From: Nitrosopumilaceae archaeon
GTDB lineage: Archaea; Thermoproteota; Nitrososphaeria; Nitrososphaerales; Nitrosopumilaceae
Length of the DNA: 64,000 bases
Assembly: GCA_041609855.1 (NCBI GenBank)
Contig: JBFIPZ010000001.1
Location: forward strand, 1,491-65,490
Direction of reading: 5' to 3'
The position numbers were made by a program, and so were the translations under genes. Shown piece by piece: positions 47,088-56,671 of this stretch. A model generated the notes under the pieces. That model did no database searches. It was not told the DNA's origin and saw only the letters and a list, made by a program, of their open reading frames with translations. Positions within the stretch are counted from its first letter, which is position 1, and every line of letters begins with the position of its first letter.

Positions 47088-47762
47088 TTATTTTAAATAT
47101 TTTGTCTTGTCTTTAATCCCCGATTTTTTGAATGCAAATTTTCTATTATTACATGACTCACAAACACCACAATGAAACTTTCCGTTTGAATAACAACTCC
47201 AAGTTTTAAAAATCGAATCTCCAATTGATTGGTTTCCAAATTTTATCAAATTGCTTTTAGAAATATTTTCTTTATAGGGAGACCAAATCTCTATTTTTTT
47301 TCGTACACCTGTTTTTATTCCATCAATTTCTCCTTTGTTAAACGCTGTTTCTAATTTTTTTGTAAAATCTGGCCTACAATCTGGGTAGTTTTTATCACCA
47401 GTATGGGCTCCAAAAGCAACTAAAGATGCTTTAAGGGTAAATGCCCACGCAGAGGCAATAGAGAGAAAAACGGCATTTCTAATAGGAACAACAATAGAGT
47501 AGTTAAAATTACTTGGAATCTTCTTTTTTGAACTGGTTAACACGTTAGAATTACCATATAGTTCTTTCATAAAACCAATATCCATAATTTTATGTTTTTT
47601 TAAACCTAAAATTTTTGCTAACGACTTTGCTGCAATAATTTCTTTATTGGCTTTTTGACCATAGGAGAATGAAATTCCATAAAGTTCGTATTTGGATTTT
47701 AAGTATGATGCAGCACACACGGAATCCATTCCACCACTAAATACCACAACCGCTTTTTTCAT
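47088..47762 (-). CDS. queC: 7-cyano-7-deazaguanine (preQ0) synthase
   Basis: PP-loop VVVFSGGMDS and a C-terminal zinc cluster CYSNGKFHCGVCESCNNR. Confidence 0.9.
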   Translation of the reverse strand: MKKAVVVFSGGMDSVCAASYLKSKYELYGISFSYGQKANKEIIAAKSLAKILGLKKHKIMDIGFMKELYGNSNVLTSSKKKIPSNFNYSIVVPIRNAVFLSIASAWAFTLKASLVAFGAHTGDKNYPDCRPDFTKKLETAFNKGEIDGIKTGVRKKIEIWSPYKENISKSNLIKFGNQSIGDSIFKTWSCYSNGKFHCGVCESCNNRKFAFKKSGIKDKTKYLK

Positions 47763-47777
47763 TGATTTATCTCCAAA

Positions 47778-48701
47778 TTATTTTTTTATTGAAGCACCAA
47801 TACTTGGTTTGCAGATTATTATTTGGCTTTCGATTTTTGCAGATTCAAATCCCTTAGTTATGGCACGACTAATTTTTTTAAGATTTCCAGAACTCTTTGA
47901 AAAGGCAATTACTGAAGGACCTGCCCCACTAATTGTAACTCCTAATGCACCAGCTTTTAAGGCATTTTCTTTAACTTTTGAAAATCCAGGTATCATATGT
48001 TTCCTAGCAGGTTCAACTATTACATCTTTTATTGATTTTCCAATTAGTTCCGGGTCTTTATTCATAAATCCAGCCACTATTGCGGTAGCATTTGATAAAT
48101 TCAATATACTATCTGTAAATTTAATTTTTTTTGGAATCACACTTCGTGAAACTTTGGTTTTCTTTTTTGGAACTTTTAATTTTGGAACACCAATAACCAT
48201 CCTAAGATTGGTTGGCGGGTCAATTTTTATGATATCGAGTGGATTTGTTTTTACTATTACAAATCCTCCTAGAACTGATGCTGCCACATTATCATAATGA
48301 ATTGTACCAGCACTTGCTTTTTCACCAATCCCGGCAAATTCAACAAGTAAATTTCCATTGAGCTTTAACTTATACAATTTATCAAATGCAACTGCTGCTG
48401 CAGCAGCTGAAGCAGCACTACTTCCCATTCCAAATCCGGCAGGTACATTCTTTTTTATTTTTATTTCTATTCCATCATTCGTGTTAAATTTTTTAATCAT
48501 ATTTTTTACAACCACCCCAGCAGTATTCTTCCCAGGATTTGTTGGGATATCATCATCAGTTAGAATTCTTACATTTTTTGTCCTCTTTTTTGTCAGAGTA
48601 ACCTCATCATAAAATGCATCCAATGCAAGTCCAAATACATCAAAACCTGGACCTAGATTTGCAGTAGAAGAGGGTGCAACAACTGTTATTGTTGTAGCCA
48701 T
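47778..48701 (-). CDS. thrB: homoserine kinase
   Basis: GHMP kinase motifs: ANLGPGFDVFGLAL and PAGFGMGSSAASAAAAA. Confidence 0.9.
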   Translation of the reverse strand: MATTITVVAPSSTANLGPGFDVFGLALDAFYDEVTLTKKRTKNVRILTDDDIPTNPGKNTAGVVVKNMIKKFNTNDGIEIKIKKNVPAGFGMGSSAASAAAAAVAFDKLYKLKLNGNLLVEFAGIGEKASAGTIHYDNVAASVLGGFVIVKTNPLDIIKIDPPTNLRMVIGVPKLKVPKKKTKVSRSVIPKKIKFTDSILNLSNATAIVAGFMNKDPELIGKSIKDVIVEPARKHMIPGFSKVKENALKAGALGVTISGAGPSVIAFSKSSGNLKKISRAITKGFESAKIESQIIICKPSIGASIKK

Positions 48702-49526
48702 CTAATCTTCTACCTCTTCTCCCAAATTAAGAATTCTACTTAAAGCTGCTTCTAAATTTACCAATCCATCTCCTGTTACATTAGAAATGGGAATTAATCC
48801 TTGAGCAAAACCACTAAAATTTAACCCTCGTAAAATATTGGTAGTTAGAGTGTAGGTTTCTCCATCTGATTCGGTTCCTATCGCATTTTCCAATGATCTA
48901 ATGTTGTTTGACCATTGTATGATGTCTTTAAGCTTAGAACCAATAACGTCTATTTTGGTGATGATATTAATTGTAGGGATGTTTAGTCGTAACCTTATTG
49001 AAGTTGCAAGAAGGGCCAGAGAAACAAAATTAATTGGTGTAGTAATGAGAGAACCATCAAACAAAAAAATACTAGTTCTTTCTTCAGCAGTTAAATTTTC
49101 AACAATAAATTTTCCGCTAGTTCTGTAAGCAAATAATTCTACTTGACCGGGGGTATCAACCAACAAGTAATCCGGATTTACTTTCTCAATTTGATTTCTT
49201 ATATCATCTATTTTTGAAGCGATTAGATCGTTTGCCATTATTAATGCTCCATTTGGTCCCAAATCATATTGTTTCATGACTGAAACAATATCGACATAAT
49301 CTCTAACATCGATATCACATGTATAGGGAAGATTTTCAACACCAGGATCTAAATTCAAAATTGCAGCGAATGCGCCATTTTGTGTGTAATAATCATATAA
49401 TTTAGAGGAGAGTAGAGATTTACCAGCACCTGCAGTTCCGGTTACAAAAATCGTTTTCACTACTTTCTTAAACCTAACAGTTGGCTTATATTTCAAACTA
49501 GATACAGGCACAAAAATATTGGTCAT
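48702..49526 (-). CDS. GPN-loop GTPase
   Basis: Contains VTGTAGAGKS (P-loop), NLDPG, GPNGA and DTPGQVE. Confidence 0.85.
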   Translation of the reverse strand: MTNIFVPVSSLKYKPTVRFKKVVKTIFVTGTAGAGKSLLSSKLYDYYTQNGAFAAILNLDPGVENLPYTCDIDVRDYVDIVSVMKQYDLGPNGALIMANDLIASKIDDIRNQIEKVNPDYLLVDTPGQVELFAYRTSGKFIVENLTAEERTSIFLFDGSLITTPINFVSLALLATSIRLRLNIPTINIITKIDVIGSKLKDIIQWSNNIRSLENAIGTESDGETYTLTTNILRGLNFSGFAQGLIPISNVTGDGLVNLEAALSRILNLGEEVED

Positions 49527-49572
49527 AAATTTGGGCCAACTTTCATATTTGAATTCATAAAAAAATTTTCCA

Positions 49573-50589
49573 ATGAATTGGAGAATAATAGTGATACCTG
49601 TAACTCTTATCCCGATTCTGTTTATTGCCTTTCAATTTGATATTAAAATTGAGGATGTGTTAGCGATTGGAATTTTTCCATTTATGTTGGCAGTAATTGC
49701 AATGATGGTAAAATTGGGTGTTCAAGGAATAAAACTTGCATATATTGCACAACAATATTTAGGAAAATTTGATTCTTTTTGGAAATTAACTGGAGTAAGA
49801 GTTGGAAGTGAATTTATTAAATTTACAACACCCATGTTTGTAGGAGCAGAATTTATTGTAATTTATTATCTCCATAAAAAAGGGATCCCTCCTTCTAAAT
49901 CTACTTGGATTGCAATTATGGATATAGTTACAGAGGTGTTGGCAGCTGGGTTATTGTCTATCATGGCAGGGATTATTGCACTAATTAGTGGTGCATATAT
50001 TGTTGGCGCCATTATTTTAGGAACAAGTATTTTTGTAACGACACTATGGATGGTTTTATTCTTTTTATCATCAAAGAGAATATTTCAGCTTCCAAAAGTT
50101 ATTTCAGGTTTAGTTGAAAAATTGGGAAAAGAAAAGGGGAAAAACATTGTAACTAAAACAAATTCTTGGATGGAAGAAGTTTGTGTGATGAGCAAAAAAA
50201 ACCTAAGAACTAGTGAGTCTAAAAAAATATTTACTGTTTCATTTTCACTATCTTTATTATCCTGGTCATTTTATGGAATCTCTTTTATGATTATTGCTTT
50301 TGGAACAGGGTATGTGATAGGAGCATTCGAATCTATTATGGCAGTAATGGGAGCAAACGCTATCGGAAATTTGCCAATTACAGTTGGAGGTTCTGGATTA
50401 GCGGAATTTGGAATTGTTGCATTCTTGAACAATCAAAACCCCTTCGATCTAGAAATACTAGAAGGGAATACCATATGGAATACAGTAATTGGTTGGCGAA
50501 TTGCAACTTATTATATACCAATAGGAGTTACTTGGCTTTTACTTGTAAAATTAGCCCTAAGTAAATATAGTAAAGTTAAATCGGAATAG
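49573..50589 (+). CDS. integral membrane protein, UPF0104/flippase-like (LPG-synthase TM region type)
   Basis: 338 aa with about eight TM helices. The family call rests on overall topology only. Confidence 0.5.
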   Translation: MNWRIIVIPVTLIPILFIAFQFDIKIEDVLAIGIFPFMLAVIAMMVKLGVQGIKLAYIAQQYLGKFDSFWKLTGVRVGSEFIKFTTPMFVGAEFIVIYYLHKKGIPPSKSTWIAIMDIVTEVLAAGLLSIMAGIIALISGAYIVGAIILGTSIFVTTLWMVLFFLSSKRIFQLPKVISGLVEKLGKEKGKNIVTKTNSWMEEVCVMSKKNLRTSESKKIFTVSFSLSLLSWSFYGISFMIIAFGTGYVIGAFESIMAVMGANAIGNLPITVGGSGLAEFGIVAFLNNQNPFDLEILEGNTIWNTVIGWRIATYYIPIGVTWLLLVKLALSKYSKVKSE

Positions 50590-50624
50590 AAACCACTTTA
50601 TCTTTTAAGGGAAATTTTTGAATT

Positions 50625-51425
50625 ATGGATTTTAAAGATAAAGTTGTTTTGATTACAGGGGCTTCCTCAGGAATTGGGCGAGCATCAGCTATTCAATTTG
50701 CAAAGAAGGGTGCAAATATTATTTTAGTTTCTAGAAGTCACGAAAAACTAGACCAGGTAGCCAAGGATTTAAAAAAATTTAATGTTTCAACCTTTGTATG
50801 TGTTTGTGATGTTTCTGATAAATCTCAGGTCAAAAAAATGTCTGAAATGGTATTAGAAAAATATGGAACAATAGATATTCTAGTAAATAATGCCGGATTT
50901 GCGATTTATGGATCCGTGTCTAAATTAACAATAGAAGAAATTGAATCACAAATGGAAACAAATTATTTTGGAATGATTTATTGCATCAAAAATTTTCTTC
51001 CTGCAATGATTAAAAAAAAATCTGGTCATATTGTTAATGTGGCATCAGTTGCAGGGAGTTTCGGCCTACCTGGTATTGCCTCCTATTGCGCCACCAAATT
51101 TGCAATGCTGGGATTTTCAGAAGGGCTTAAACACGAGCTTAAAGGAACAGGAGTTGGCATAACAGTGGTGAGTCCAATAATGGTTCGTACCAATTTCTTT
51201 GATCATAAATCATTTGAAAAAATGCCCAAATATTCACCCACCTCACTTAGTGCAGAAACTGTGGCAAAGGCAATTTTAAGAGCAGCAAATTCTCCAAGGT
51301 TAGAGATCATAGTTCCTTCTATAGTAAGAATAGCAGTATGGATAAAGACCACTTTTCCATACCTGATAAACCCAATTCTTGGTTCATCATTTAAAAAACA
51401 ATGTACTATTCAAGAAAAAAACTAA
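50625..51425 (+). CDS. short-chain dehydrogenase/reductase
   Basis: Contains [12 protein letters not shown] and YCATKFA, which is the YxxxK motif. Confidence 0.85.
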   Translation: MDFKDKVVLITGASSGIGRASAIQFAKKGANIILVSRSHEKLDQVAKDLKKFNVSTFVCVCDVSDKSQVKKMSEMVLEKYGTIDILVNNAGFAIYGSVSKLTIEEIESQMETNYFGMIYCIKNFLPAMIKKKSGHIVNVASVAGSFGLPGIASYCATKFAMLGFSEGLKHELKGTGVGITVVSPIMVRTNFFDHKSFEKMPKYSPTSLSAETVAKAILRAANSPRLEIIVPSIVRIAVWIKTTFPYLINPILGSSFKKQCTIQEKN

Positions 51426-51426
51426 A

Positions 51427-51822
51427 TTATTCTTCATCCATGTCTGCAGATTCACTTGATCCTACATCTAACAGTTCCATTGATTTTAGATTAAATTGAT
51501 AAATGGCTGCCATCTCTATCTCCTTTTCTTTTTGTAAAAATTCGGTAACTTTTTTACTTAAAGGAGCTTTGTGTTGATCAAAAATAAATTCATAAACTAC
51601 TCCTTTCTCTAATTTTGAAATTTTAATTTTTTTTGGTACATCCATAGTTACAATATGCCTTCCATCTTCAACAGGATCATAAAGCTGAGCATCTATTTTA
51701 TTATCGGCATCATAAATCTCTAAAATATATCCTGATCTCTTTAATTCTTCAGGTTTCTTAAATTTTGCATTTTGAATTTCATCAGAAACCCATTCAGGAA
51801 TATCATCTTTCTTTTTTACCAT
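51427..51822 (-). CDS. hypothetical protein with an acidic C-terminal tail
   Basis: I start it at the internal ATG 51822 (MVKKKDDIPEW), which removes the overlap with the upstream gene. It is beta-rich and ends SSESADMDEE. Confidence 0.5.
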   Translation of the reverse strand: MVKKKDDIPEWVSDEIQNAKFKKPEELKRSGYILEIYDADNKIDAQLYDPVEDGRHIVTMDVPKKIKISKLEKGVVYEFIFDQHKAPLSKKVTEFLQKEKEIEMAAIYQFNLKSMELLDVGSSESADMDEE

Positions 51823-51833
51823 AAATACCAGCT

Positions 51834-52142
51834 CTAGTTTAGTTCTTTGTCTTTTTTGCTTTTTTGCCACCACTCTAAGTAATCATCTTGTTTGTCTTCT
51901 CTTGTTCTTTCTCTTTGATTTAGTTTATATCGAATATCTGAAACTTGTTCTCTTGTTGCATAAAGTCCACATCTTTTACAAATGAAATGTTTTGTTGAAG
52001 GATCCATTTTCATTGGAAAATCTATCTCATCAAATAGCTTGAATAAATCATCTCTCCCCCTATCCTCCTCAGGTGTGTCTTCTTCATATTTAGCTTGAAT
52101 TTTCTTTTTCTCTCTTGCAGTACATTCCGGACAGTTAGGCAC
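51834..52142 (-). CDS. zinc-ribbon protein
   Basis: 102 aa with CPEC...CKRC cysteine pairs and a basic C-terminal half. Confidence 0.55.
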   Translation of the reverse strand: MPNCPECTAREKKKIQAKYEEDTPEEDRGRDDLFKLFDEIDFPMKMDPSTKHFICKRCGLYATREQVSDIRYKLNQRERTREDKQDDYLEWWQKSKKDKELN

Positions 52143-52207
52143 TGCTGATATGCCTTAATTTTTTCCATAAAAGCCTTCCCACATATCTATAGATCGATTA
52201 CAAAAAT

Positions 52208-52275
52208 ATCTGACACGCGGATATTATCGTCATCCCTTTCGGTCAGTTCGCCCATCGAACTCCCGCGTGCCAGAT
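52208..52275 (-). ncRNA. GC-rich 68-nt compound hairpin with a U-tract, 25 nt after the glycosyltransferase stop (terminator-like element or small RNA)
   Basis: The 13-bp outer stem pairs 52208-52220 with 52263-52275. Its one non-Watson-Crick position is G-U on the minus strand and A-C on the plus strand. The inner hairpin is GUUCG-AUGGG-CGAAC. A CUGA-CC-GAAA-GG-GAUGA segment and a following AUAUUUUU are read on the minus strand. Confidence 0.35.
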
Positions 52276-52299
52276 AACTAGAATTTCCAAAATATTCCT

Positions 52300-53535
52300 T
52301 TATCTCTTTTCTTCTAGGACCTCAATTGCAATTTTCGCTGTATTTTCAGCCCCATTTGAAACAAAATTTTTGGAAAAATCCAATAAATTTTCCATAAAGT
52401 TATCATAATTTTCTTTGATTGTGTTTATTCCATTAATCACATGTCGAGTTTTTTTGGCTAAAATGGCCAAATTCTTTCGTTCTGCCCATTCGATATTATT
52501 TGTATGCTCATCATAAATTGGAATCCCTATCACTGGTTTAGATTTACCTCCAAGTATTTCCCCCATTACAGTATGTGAACCATTTACAACCACATATCGG
52601 CTTGCACTCAACACCTCCTCCTTTTCTTGCTCCGAAAGATAACCCACATCTATCTGAAGCCAATCTATTTTTTTTTCTAAGGTTTCTGATATACTATATT
52701 TTTTTCCATTCATTCCAGTTACAGAATTAATTGAAATATCATTTTTTGCATGAGAAATTATTCTTTTCTCTTTTCTCATTTCATCATGATGGAAAACTTC
52801 TTCATATCGTTTTCCTGTCCCATCATTGGTGGATCTGTTTCCTGTCCTCATCCAATATCCAAAATCATTCCCCTGAATAATTTTTTCAAGATCAGAGATA
52901 GGAGTTTTGGGAGTATTTTTTTTATTTGTAAAATGACCCACATATGACACCTTTTTTTCTAACTCTTTTGGAAAATTTAGATTGAATTCACATAGAGTAT
53001 AGGGAGGTGGAGAATCGGCTACGATAATTTTATCAGCTTTAGCAATTTGTTTTGCAATAAAATAAAGTGAAGGATAAAGATAAATTCTTGATTTATACAA
53101 TTTTGGTTTAAATTGATTGGTAATGAAAAGACTTGGGATATTACGGTTTCTTGCTAAAATATTTGAACCCATATCTCCATCATTGATTACCAGATCAAAT
53201 TTTTCTGAATCGTATAGTTTCCTTTCTTCTCTCAAATAATCAATTATCTGATTAACGAGTGGAGGATTTTTTGCAACTGGTAATAAAAAATTTAACATTG
53301 ATAAAAAAATACTTGGACCAAATTTTCCATCAATTGGAGTGGGCATTAAAATATTATGAATCTTATCTTTTTGATTTGGAAATTTTTCTAATAATTTTTG
53401 GTAAACATGATCTTTACTAGAGAAATGGACCTCAATGTTTTCTTTCATAATGTCGGAAAACACATCATGGAATCTCAACATACGTGAATAATGACCGCTT
53501 CCCCATGGGTAAATAAATTCACCAATTTTATACAT
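52300..53535 (-). CDS. glycosyltransferase (GT28/MurG-like, GT-B fold)
   Basis: The N-terminus FIYPWGSGHYSRML is a glycine-rich motif resembling GT1/GT28 family proteins. The C-terminal half has the VVVNGSHTVMGEILGGKSKPVIGIP nucleotide-sugar-binding pattern. Confidence 0.65.
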   Translation of the reverse strand: MYKIGEFIYPWGSGHYSRMLRFHDVFSDIMKENIEVHFSSKDHVYQKLLEKFPNQKDKIHNILMPTPIDGKFGPSIFLSMLNFLLPVAKNPPLVNQIIDYLREERKLYDSEKFDLVINDGDMGSNILARNRNIPSLFITNQFKPKLYKSRIYLYPSLYFIAKQIAKADKIIVADSPPPYTLCEFNLNFPKELEKKVSYVGHFTNKKNTPKTPISDLEKIIQGNDFGYWMRTGNRSTNDGTGKRYEEVFHHDEMRKEKRIISHAKNDISINSVTGMNGKKYSISETLEKKIDWLQIDVGYLSEQEKEEVLSASRYVVVNGSHTVMGEILGGKSKPVIGIPIYDEHTNNIEWAERKNLAILAKKTRHVINGINTIKENYDNFMENLLDFSKNFVSNGAENTAKIAIEVLEEKR

Positions 53536-53575
53536 GTACAGAAATCAATTGATGTTGTTTAAATTTTCAATGATT

Positions 53576-54694
53576 TTATCCTAAAGAATCTAAAATATCA
53601 TGCACATTATTTGGACCAATTTCTACATTTACTGTCTTCTTTGCAGATAATGCTGATTTAATTAATGTTGGAGAAATCTGAGGAACTATCTTTGAATTTA
53701 TTTGGATTATTTTATTCATTTTTGAAATATTCTTTTCTAAACCGATTTCTTTAGCTTCTTCAAACAATTTGTAATCTACTCCGCTAAGTGGCATGATTGG
53801 TAACTTATTATTCTGGAATATTTTTTTAATGGAAAATTCTATTAAATTTTGGGAAAAAATTAGAGGAGACAAAGATAAGGAAATATAGTTTAAATTATTG
53901 GACTTTGCTTCGTGAAGTAAAATTTCCATTACAGAATTTATGAAGATAAGATAATTCTTTGAACCAGAAGGATTTACCTTTATATGAAAAAAATCTATAG
54001 AAATTTTTTCTTTAACTAATCTAGGAATTATTTGATTAATAATTTTGGATAGATTCATCAATTCCGATTTTTTTCGATAACAAACTATTATTTTTGAATT
54101 AAATCCTTGTTTTATTGTTTCAAAACATGAAACTGCTGATATTTCATCATAAATACCACAAATTGTATTTTCTTTTTGTGATTTAAAGGAAATACCTCCT
54201 TGACCTTCGTCTATAAAAATGCAAATGTATGCATTGTTTTTTGTCAAATAGGTATATAGTAACTTGTCATAATTTTTCTCTGTTCCAGGTTTAGCACCTA
54301 ATTTAGATTTTTTTTCTATTATTGATGATGTTGCAGCAATTTCAATATCCTTTGGAAAAAATCCCTTTGAATATCCTTCCACTTTAACTAGAAACTTTTC
54401 TCCTTTTAGAAGCAAGTTTCCACCTAAAGAAGTAATTTCAGATACAATAGTCTTAAAATCATTTTTTACCTGTCGAGCAATTGCTATTTTCTCAACCCCA
54501 AAAAGTAAATTGATAGCAGATGAGGAAAAAACAGGATCAGTTGAATTAACTAAAATAACTTCTCCATCTCGTTTTATTGCTTGATATTCTTGATTTCTAA
54601 TTTTTAGAATTTTTTTGATATTTAAAATTAATTGAGGAATTTTATTTTTGGAAAATACTGTAGGAAAAACCACTACATATGAAACCTCTTTCAT
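53576..54694 (-). CDS. ThiI-like protein: THUMP-like domain plus a degenerate PP-loop domain
   Basis: The start is set at ATG 54694 (MKEVSYVVVF). GEKFLVKVEGYSKGFFPKDIEIAATSSIIEK resembles THUMP. The position where ThiI has LLSGGIDSPVAA reads TICGIYDEISAV. Confidence 0.45.
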   Translation of the reverse strand: MKEVSYVVVFPTVFSKNKIPQLILNIKKILKIRNQEYQAIKRDGEVILVNSTDPVFSSSAINLLFGVEKIAIARQVKNDFKTIVSEITSLGGNLLLKGEKFLVKVEGYSKGFFPKDIEIAATSSIIEKKSKLGAKPGTEKNYDKLLYTYLTKNNAYICIFIDEGQGGISFKSQKENTICGIYDEISAVSCFETIKQGFNSKIIVCYRKKSELMNLSKIINQIIPRLVKEKISIDFFHIKVNPSGSKNYLIFINSVMEILLHEAKSNNLNYISLSLSPLIFSQNLIEFSIKKIFQNNKLPIMPLSGVDYKLFEEAKEIGLEKNISKMNKIIQINSKIVPQISPTLIKSALSAKKTVNVEIGPNNVHDILDSLG

Positions 54695-54779
54695 CTTTTT
54701 TCTTTTGAATTTTACTTGTTTATAATTTAGGATAAAAATCACGGGTAATCAATATAAAACAATTAACAATGGATCTTTT

Positions 54780-55499
54780 GTGGTAAAATTTACTCAAAGA
54801 GAACTCGATGAGGTTAACCCTACATTAAAAACTGCAGAAGATGCTCTAAAATGGACATCAGATAACCTACATCCTAAGGTTGCAAAGGCATCAAGCTTTG
54901 GGGCTGAAGATTCACTATTAATTGATATGATGACAAAAATTAATCCGAAATTTCGGTTTTTTACTTTAGATACTGGAAGGCTTCCCCAAGAAACTTATGA
55001 TATAATGGATAATCTTTCCAAAAAATATAATGTGATTTTTGAAGTAATGTTTCCTGATGCAATGGAAGTACAGGAAATGGTTCAAACCAAAGGAATCAAT
55101 CTATTTTACGATAGCGTGGAAAACAGACGTCTTTGTTGCGGAATTAGAAAGGTAAAGCCATTGCGAAAAATGTTGGCAAATTTGGATGGATGGATAACAG
55201 GAATTAGGAGAGATCAAACCTCAACCCGTGGAAATGCAAAAATGCTTGAAATTGATGAAAAATATGACGGAATCGTCAAAGTAAATCCCTTACTAGATTG
55301 GAGTTGGGACCAAGTTTGGAATTATATTAAAAAGAATAACGTGCCTTACAATTCTCTTATTGATAAAGGATATTCCAGCATAGGATGTGATCCATGTACA
55401 AGAGCCATTAAAAACGGTGAAGATTTAAGAGCAGGCCGTTGGTGGTGGGAAAATGATGAAACCAAAGAGTGTGGATTACATTCACCTGAAGGAGTATAA
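54780..55499 (+). CDS. cysH: assimilatory adenylylsulfate/phosphoadenylylsulfate reductase (CysH), Fe-S cluster type
   Basis: The PAPS-reductase fold block [14 protein letters not shown] is present. So are the Cys pair RRLCCGIRK, the CxxC IGCDPCTR and the catalytic KECGLH. The start codon is GTG. Confidence 0.9.
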   Translation: MVKFTQRELDEVNPTLKTAEDALKWTSDNLHPKVAKASSFGAEDSLLIDMMTKINPKFRFFTLDTGRLPQETYDIMDNLSKKYNVIFEVMFPDAMEVQEMVQTKGINLFYDSVENRRLCCGIRKVKPLRKMLANLDGWITGIRRDQTSTRGNAKMLEIDEKYDGIVKVNPLLDWSWDQVWNYIKKNNVPYNSLIDKGYSSIGCDPCTRAIKNGEDLRAGRWWWENDETKECGLHSPEGV

Positions 55500-55501
55500 T
55501 A

Positions 55502-56641
55502 ATGAGTAATGAAGCGATCAAACCCCATGGTGGAATTCTCGTAAATAGAATAAACAAAATTGATGCTTCGGGAATGTTTCCCGTATCAATTTCAGAAGAT
55601 CTTGCTAACGATGTTGAAAATATAGCAGATGGGATTTTTAGTCCTATTGAAGGATTCTTAGGGCAACAGGATTTTGAAAATGTGGTATCTAAAGGTAGAT
55701 TGTCAAATGGACTAGCTTGGACCATTCCAATTGTATTAGATGTAGAGGAATCAACTGCAAAAAAAATGAAAGATGCAGGTGATGTTTTACTACAAAATCA
55801 TCAGGGATTGGGTGTCGCTGTACTTCATGTTGAAGAAACATTTTCTTTTGATAAGGAAAAAACTACTCAAGGAGTATATGGAACAACTGATAGTTCACAC
55901 CCTGGCGTGGCAAAAACTTTGAACATGCAGGATTTTCTTGTTGGTGGAAAAATTGATTATATTCAAAGACCAGAAGAAAGTGAAATTAGAAAAAACAGAT
56001 TAACTCCTTTACAAACAAGAGAAGCGTTTGCTCAAGCGGGTTGGAAAACCATCTGTGCTTTTCAAACACGAAATCCTCCTCATGTTGCCCATGAGATGCT
56101 TCAAAAAACTTCAATAACTACAAGAGATGGTGTATTTGTTAACCCAATAATTGGAAAGAAAAAATCAGGTGACTTTGTTGATGAAGTAATCATAAAATGC
56201 TATGAAACCATGATTCAAAACTATTATCCAAAAAACAGATGTAAACTTGGAACTTTACATACTGAAATGAAATATGCTGGCCCAAAAGAAGCCATCCATC
56301 ATGCAGTAATGAGACAAAACTATGGATGTACTCATATCATTATTGGAAGAGATCACGCAGGAGTAGGAAATTTTTATGATCCTTTTGCGGCCCAAAAAAT
56401 ATTTGACAGTTATCCCGAATTAGAAATAGCCCCTGTTTTTTTCCCAGCATTTTTCTATTGCAGAAAATGCCTTACATATACAAATCCAAAAGCATGTCCA
56501 CATGGTGATGATTCAAAAGAACAAATTAGTGGAACAAAACTAAGAGAAATGATTCAAAATGGTCAAGCCCCATCAGAATTTATCTTAAGACCCGAGGTGG
56601 CAAAAGTAATCTTGGATCATTCACATCCATTTGTTGACTAG
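55502..56641 (+). CDS. sat: sulfate adenylyltransferase (ATP sulfurylase)
   Basis: Contains [12 protein letters not shown] and [10 protein letters not shown]. It starts 2 nt after the cysH stop. Confidence 0.93.
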   Translation: MSNEAIKPHGGILVNRINKIDASGMFPVSISEDLANDVENIADGIFSPIEGFLGQQDFENVVSKGRLSNGLAWTIPIVLDVEESTAKKMKDAGDVLLQNHQGLGVAVLHVEETFSFDKEKTTQGVYGTTDSSHPGVAKTLNMQDFLVGGKIDYIQRPEESEIRKNRLTPLQTREAFAQAGWKTICAFQTRNPPHVAHEMLQKTSITTRDGVFVNPIIGKKKSGDFVDEVIIKCYETMIQNYYPKNRCKLGTLHTEMKYAGPKEAIHHAVMRQNYGCTHIIIGRDHAGVGNFYDPFAAQKIFDSYPELEIAPVFFPAFFYCRKCLTYTNPKACPHGDDSKEQISGTKLREMIQNGQAPSEFILRPEVAKVILDHSHPFVD

Positions 56642-56671
56642 ATATTTATTCAATCAAAAGTAGTTTAATCT

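Noticed and set aside
47692-48297. 201-aa plus-strand ORF
   Set aside because: It is entirely antisense to thrB and the queC 5' end. It has low complexity and no motifs, while thrB carries clear GHMP motifs.
51822-51873. Programmed frameshift or gene fusion between the 102-aa and 148-aa ORFs (40-nt overlap over an A-rich run)
   Set aside because: An internal ATG at 51822 gives a normal 11-nt intergenic spacing. Nothing requires a frameshift.
55408-55725. 105-aa minus-strand ORF spanning the cysH/sat junction
   Set aside because: It is antisense to two strongly supported genes.
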